Below the pieces are notes generated by a model. The model was not told the DNA's origin. It did no database searches and saw nothing but the letters and a program-made list of their open reading frames with translations. A stretch of 50,675 nucleotides of DNA from Jimgerdemannia flammicorona. Lineage: Eukaryota. This document shows positions 49,100 to 50,675 of the stretch, piece after piece (positions within the stretch are counted from its first letter, which is position 1; each line of letters opens with the position of its first letter). Both the position numbers and the translations under genes were made by a program. Where the stretch lies: contig RBNJ01000027.1 in assembly GCA_003990765.1 (NCBI GenBank), forward strand, positions 1 to 50,675, in the 5' to 3' direction.

Positions 49100-49505
49100 G
49101 AGCCAAATTCTTTGGATCCTCGGATGGTGGGTAGTAGTTCAGGGACTTCCTTGACTGTCAGGGTTGACTCGATTTTTTTGAATAGGATCTGGGCGATGCA
49201 GAAGCCAATAGGGATCTTGAAGGGTGTCCAACTGTGATTTCGGATGAGGACAATGATTTTGCCTGTATAATCTTTGTCAATGACTCCTCCTTCTACTGAG
49301 AGTCCTTTCAGCGCTAGGCTGCTGTGACAGCATATTCTTCCAACATATCCTTCAGGGATTTGGATACTGATTCCTGTATAGACTTGTTTGACTTCTTGGT
49401 TGGAAACTGTAGCTTCTTCAGCTGCATACAGGTCATATCCGGCTGCTTTTTGACTTTCTTTGGTTGGGGCCTTAGCAGTTTGTCTTAACTTGACAAAGTC
49501 TAGTG
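49100..49505 (-). other. Trimeric dUTPase domain of element D, between nucleocapsid and protease
   Basis: AAGYDLY, GRICCHSSLA, GGVIDKDYTG, RIAQILF and RGSKEFGSS (RGSKGFGSS in A) correspond to dUTPase motifs 1-5. Confidence 0.92.
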
Positions 49506-50675
49506 TTCTGGTGGTCAGGTTGTTGAGGTGGTGCAGAGTAGTAACAGTTGCTCGTATTGCTGTTTGGGGTTTTCAGTTTGGGCAGGCACTGGCCATGTGT
49601 CCTGTCTTTCAGCAATAGAAGCATGCTCTGCTTCTTTGAAGTTCATTTCTTTCACCTTCAGTAAGTTTCTTGAAGGTACTCAGCTGGGTGGGTTCAGAAT
49701 TTCTGGGTGTCCAAGAGGTGGATGTGGAGGGAGCTCGGGATGCTTCATGCTTGGGTTCTTCTTTCTTGGTCTAAGTCCTTTCCTTGTTGTTGAATTGCCT
49801 TCAGGGCAGAATTGGTCCAGCTGTTAGGATTCACTTGACCATGGTCTTGATTCTTGCCAGGCACCATTATTGGTGATCGCAACCAACTGGGCAGCCTTGT
49901 TCTCAGATTTTTCTAGTAAGCCATTCAGGCAGTGCATTGAATAAATGGTCTACTCTTGTACCATTTCATACTTCATCATTGGTGATATATCCTAGGCCAA
50001 CAGTGTTCAGGAGTGACTCGAGTTTTGTACAGAAGGTTTCGAATTCTTCTTTGCCATGTACATCAAATTTGAGGTTGCGGAGTTTTACTCAAGATTCAGC
50101 AATCATGGTTTTGCTGCAATATTGAGCAATCATGAGTTGTTTGAGTCCAGGGGCTGCAGGATGGGCTCCATATCCTGGGGCATTGTTTGCTGCATTCTGA
50201 GCAACTACTGCAGGTCGGGTATCCCATGTGAGGGGTTTTTCAGGAAGGGTTTGCCACCATTCTTTGGCAGGTCCTCGGAAGAATGTAACAACTTGGCAGA
50301 CATAGGCTGTAGTTGTAGCAAAGAGTTATTCCAGAGTGTGGTCTTGATTGTTTGTCAGAACGCGGTCAGTGACTCGCTCATTAGTCCATTGATTGGCTTC
50401 GAAGTTGGTGTCAACTACACTAATGAAGCTTTGGACTTCTTGTGCAGTACCATTGAAGGTAGGTAGGCTCAGATTTTTGGTAGGTCGGGTCTGTTCGGCT
50501 AAGGCAGTAATGGTTGCTGCTATTATAGCTACTTGGGCTGTGAGGTCTAGAATCTGTTGGTTTGCCATGTTGTTTACTAGAGGCGGTTGGACTGCTGGTA
50601 GTGGTGTTACTGGTACTACTTGAGGTACTGGTGCAGAGTGTGATGGGGTTCTTTGGGTCTGTGTAAGTTGCTGGA

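Larger units (their letters stand above)
45437..50568 (-). pseudogene. gag-dUTPase-PR-RT-RH-INT-chromodomain polyprotein of element D
   Basis: ORF fragments starting at 50568, 48993, 48210 and 47424 share one frame. A 1-bp deletion at ~46690 shifts to the 46633/45973 fragments. Motifs [31 protein letters not shown]. Confidence 0.95.
42976..50675 (-). mobile_element. Family-1 element D (least decayed copy); 3' LTR 42976-45011, PPT 45013-45025; runs off the window
   Basis: tgtaagagggttac at 42976 (flank cttct) and gcttaca at 45011. Has the longest ORF fragments in the window. Confidence 0.94.

Overview
Eukaryotic (probably fungal; inference) heterochromatin-like window with no host genes, RNA genes or CRISPR arrays. 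It is almost entirely a nest of decayed Ty3/Gypsy chromoviral LTR retrotransposons. Family 1 (~10.4-10.6 kb; ~2.05-kb TGTAAG...CTTACA LTRs; 5-bp TSDs; tRNA-iMet-like PBS; one gag-dUTPase-PR-RT-RH-INT-chromodomain frame) is present as 8 complete or partial copies, labelled I, H, G, F, C, B, A, D from left to right. A (30020-40652, +) is full length inside B (21615-42665, -), which sits in the PBS of C. A divergent sister family (E, ~15950-19901, -, 784-bp LTR) and a divergent integrase fragment (6309-7186) are also present. Two segments are unexplained (1-575 and 15077-~15950). All ORFs are broken, mostly by CpG C>T decay (CGA>TGA). The most unusual features: (1) family-1 LTRs carry a frame-conserved ~365-codon ORF of unknown function inside U3, with its own promoter-like module; (2) an ATG-less frame of about 370 codons starts in U5, crosses the PBS and fuses in frame to gag, with protein-level similarity between the two families; (3) a dUTPase and a conserved C-x-H-x12-C-x2-C module lie between nucleocapsid and protease. 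All comparisons were made by eye; no database searches were run.
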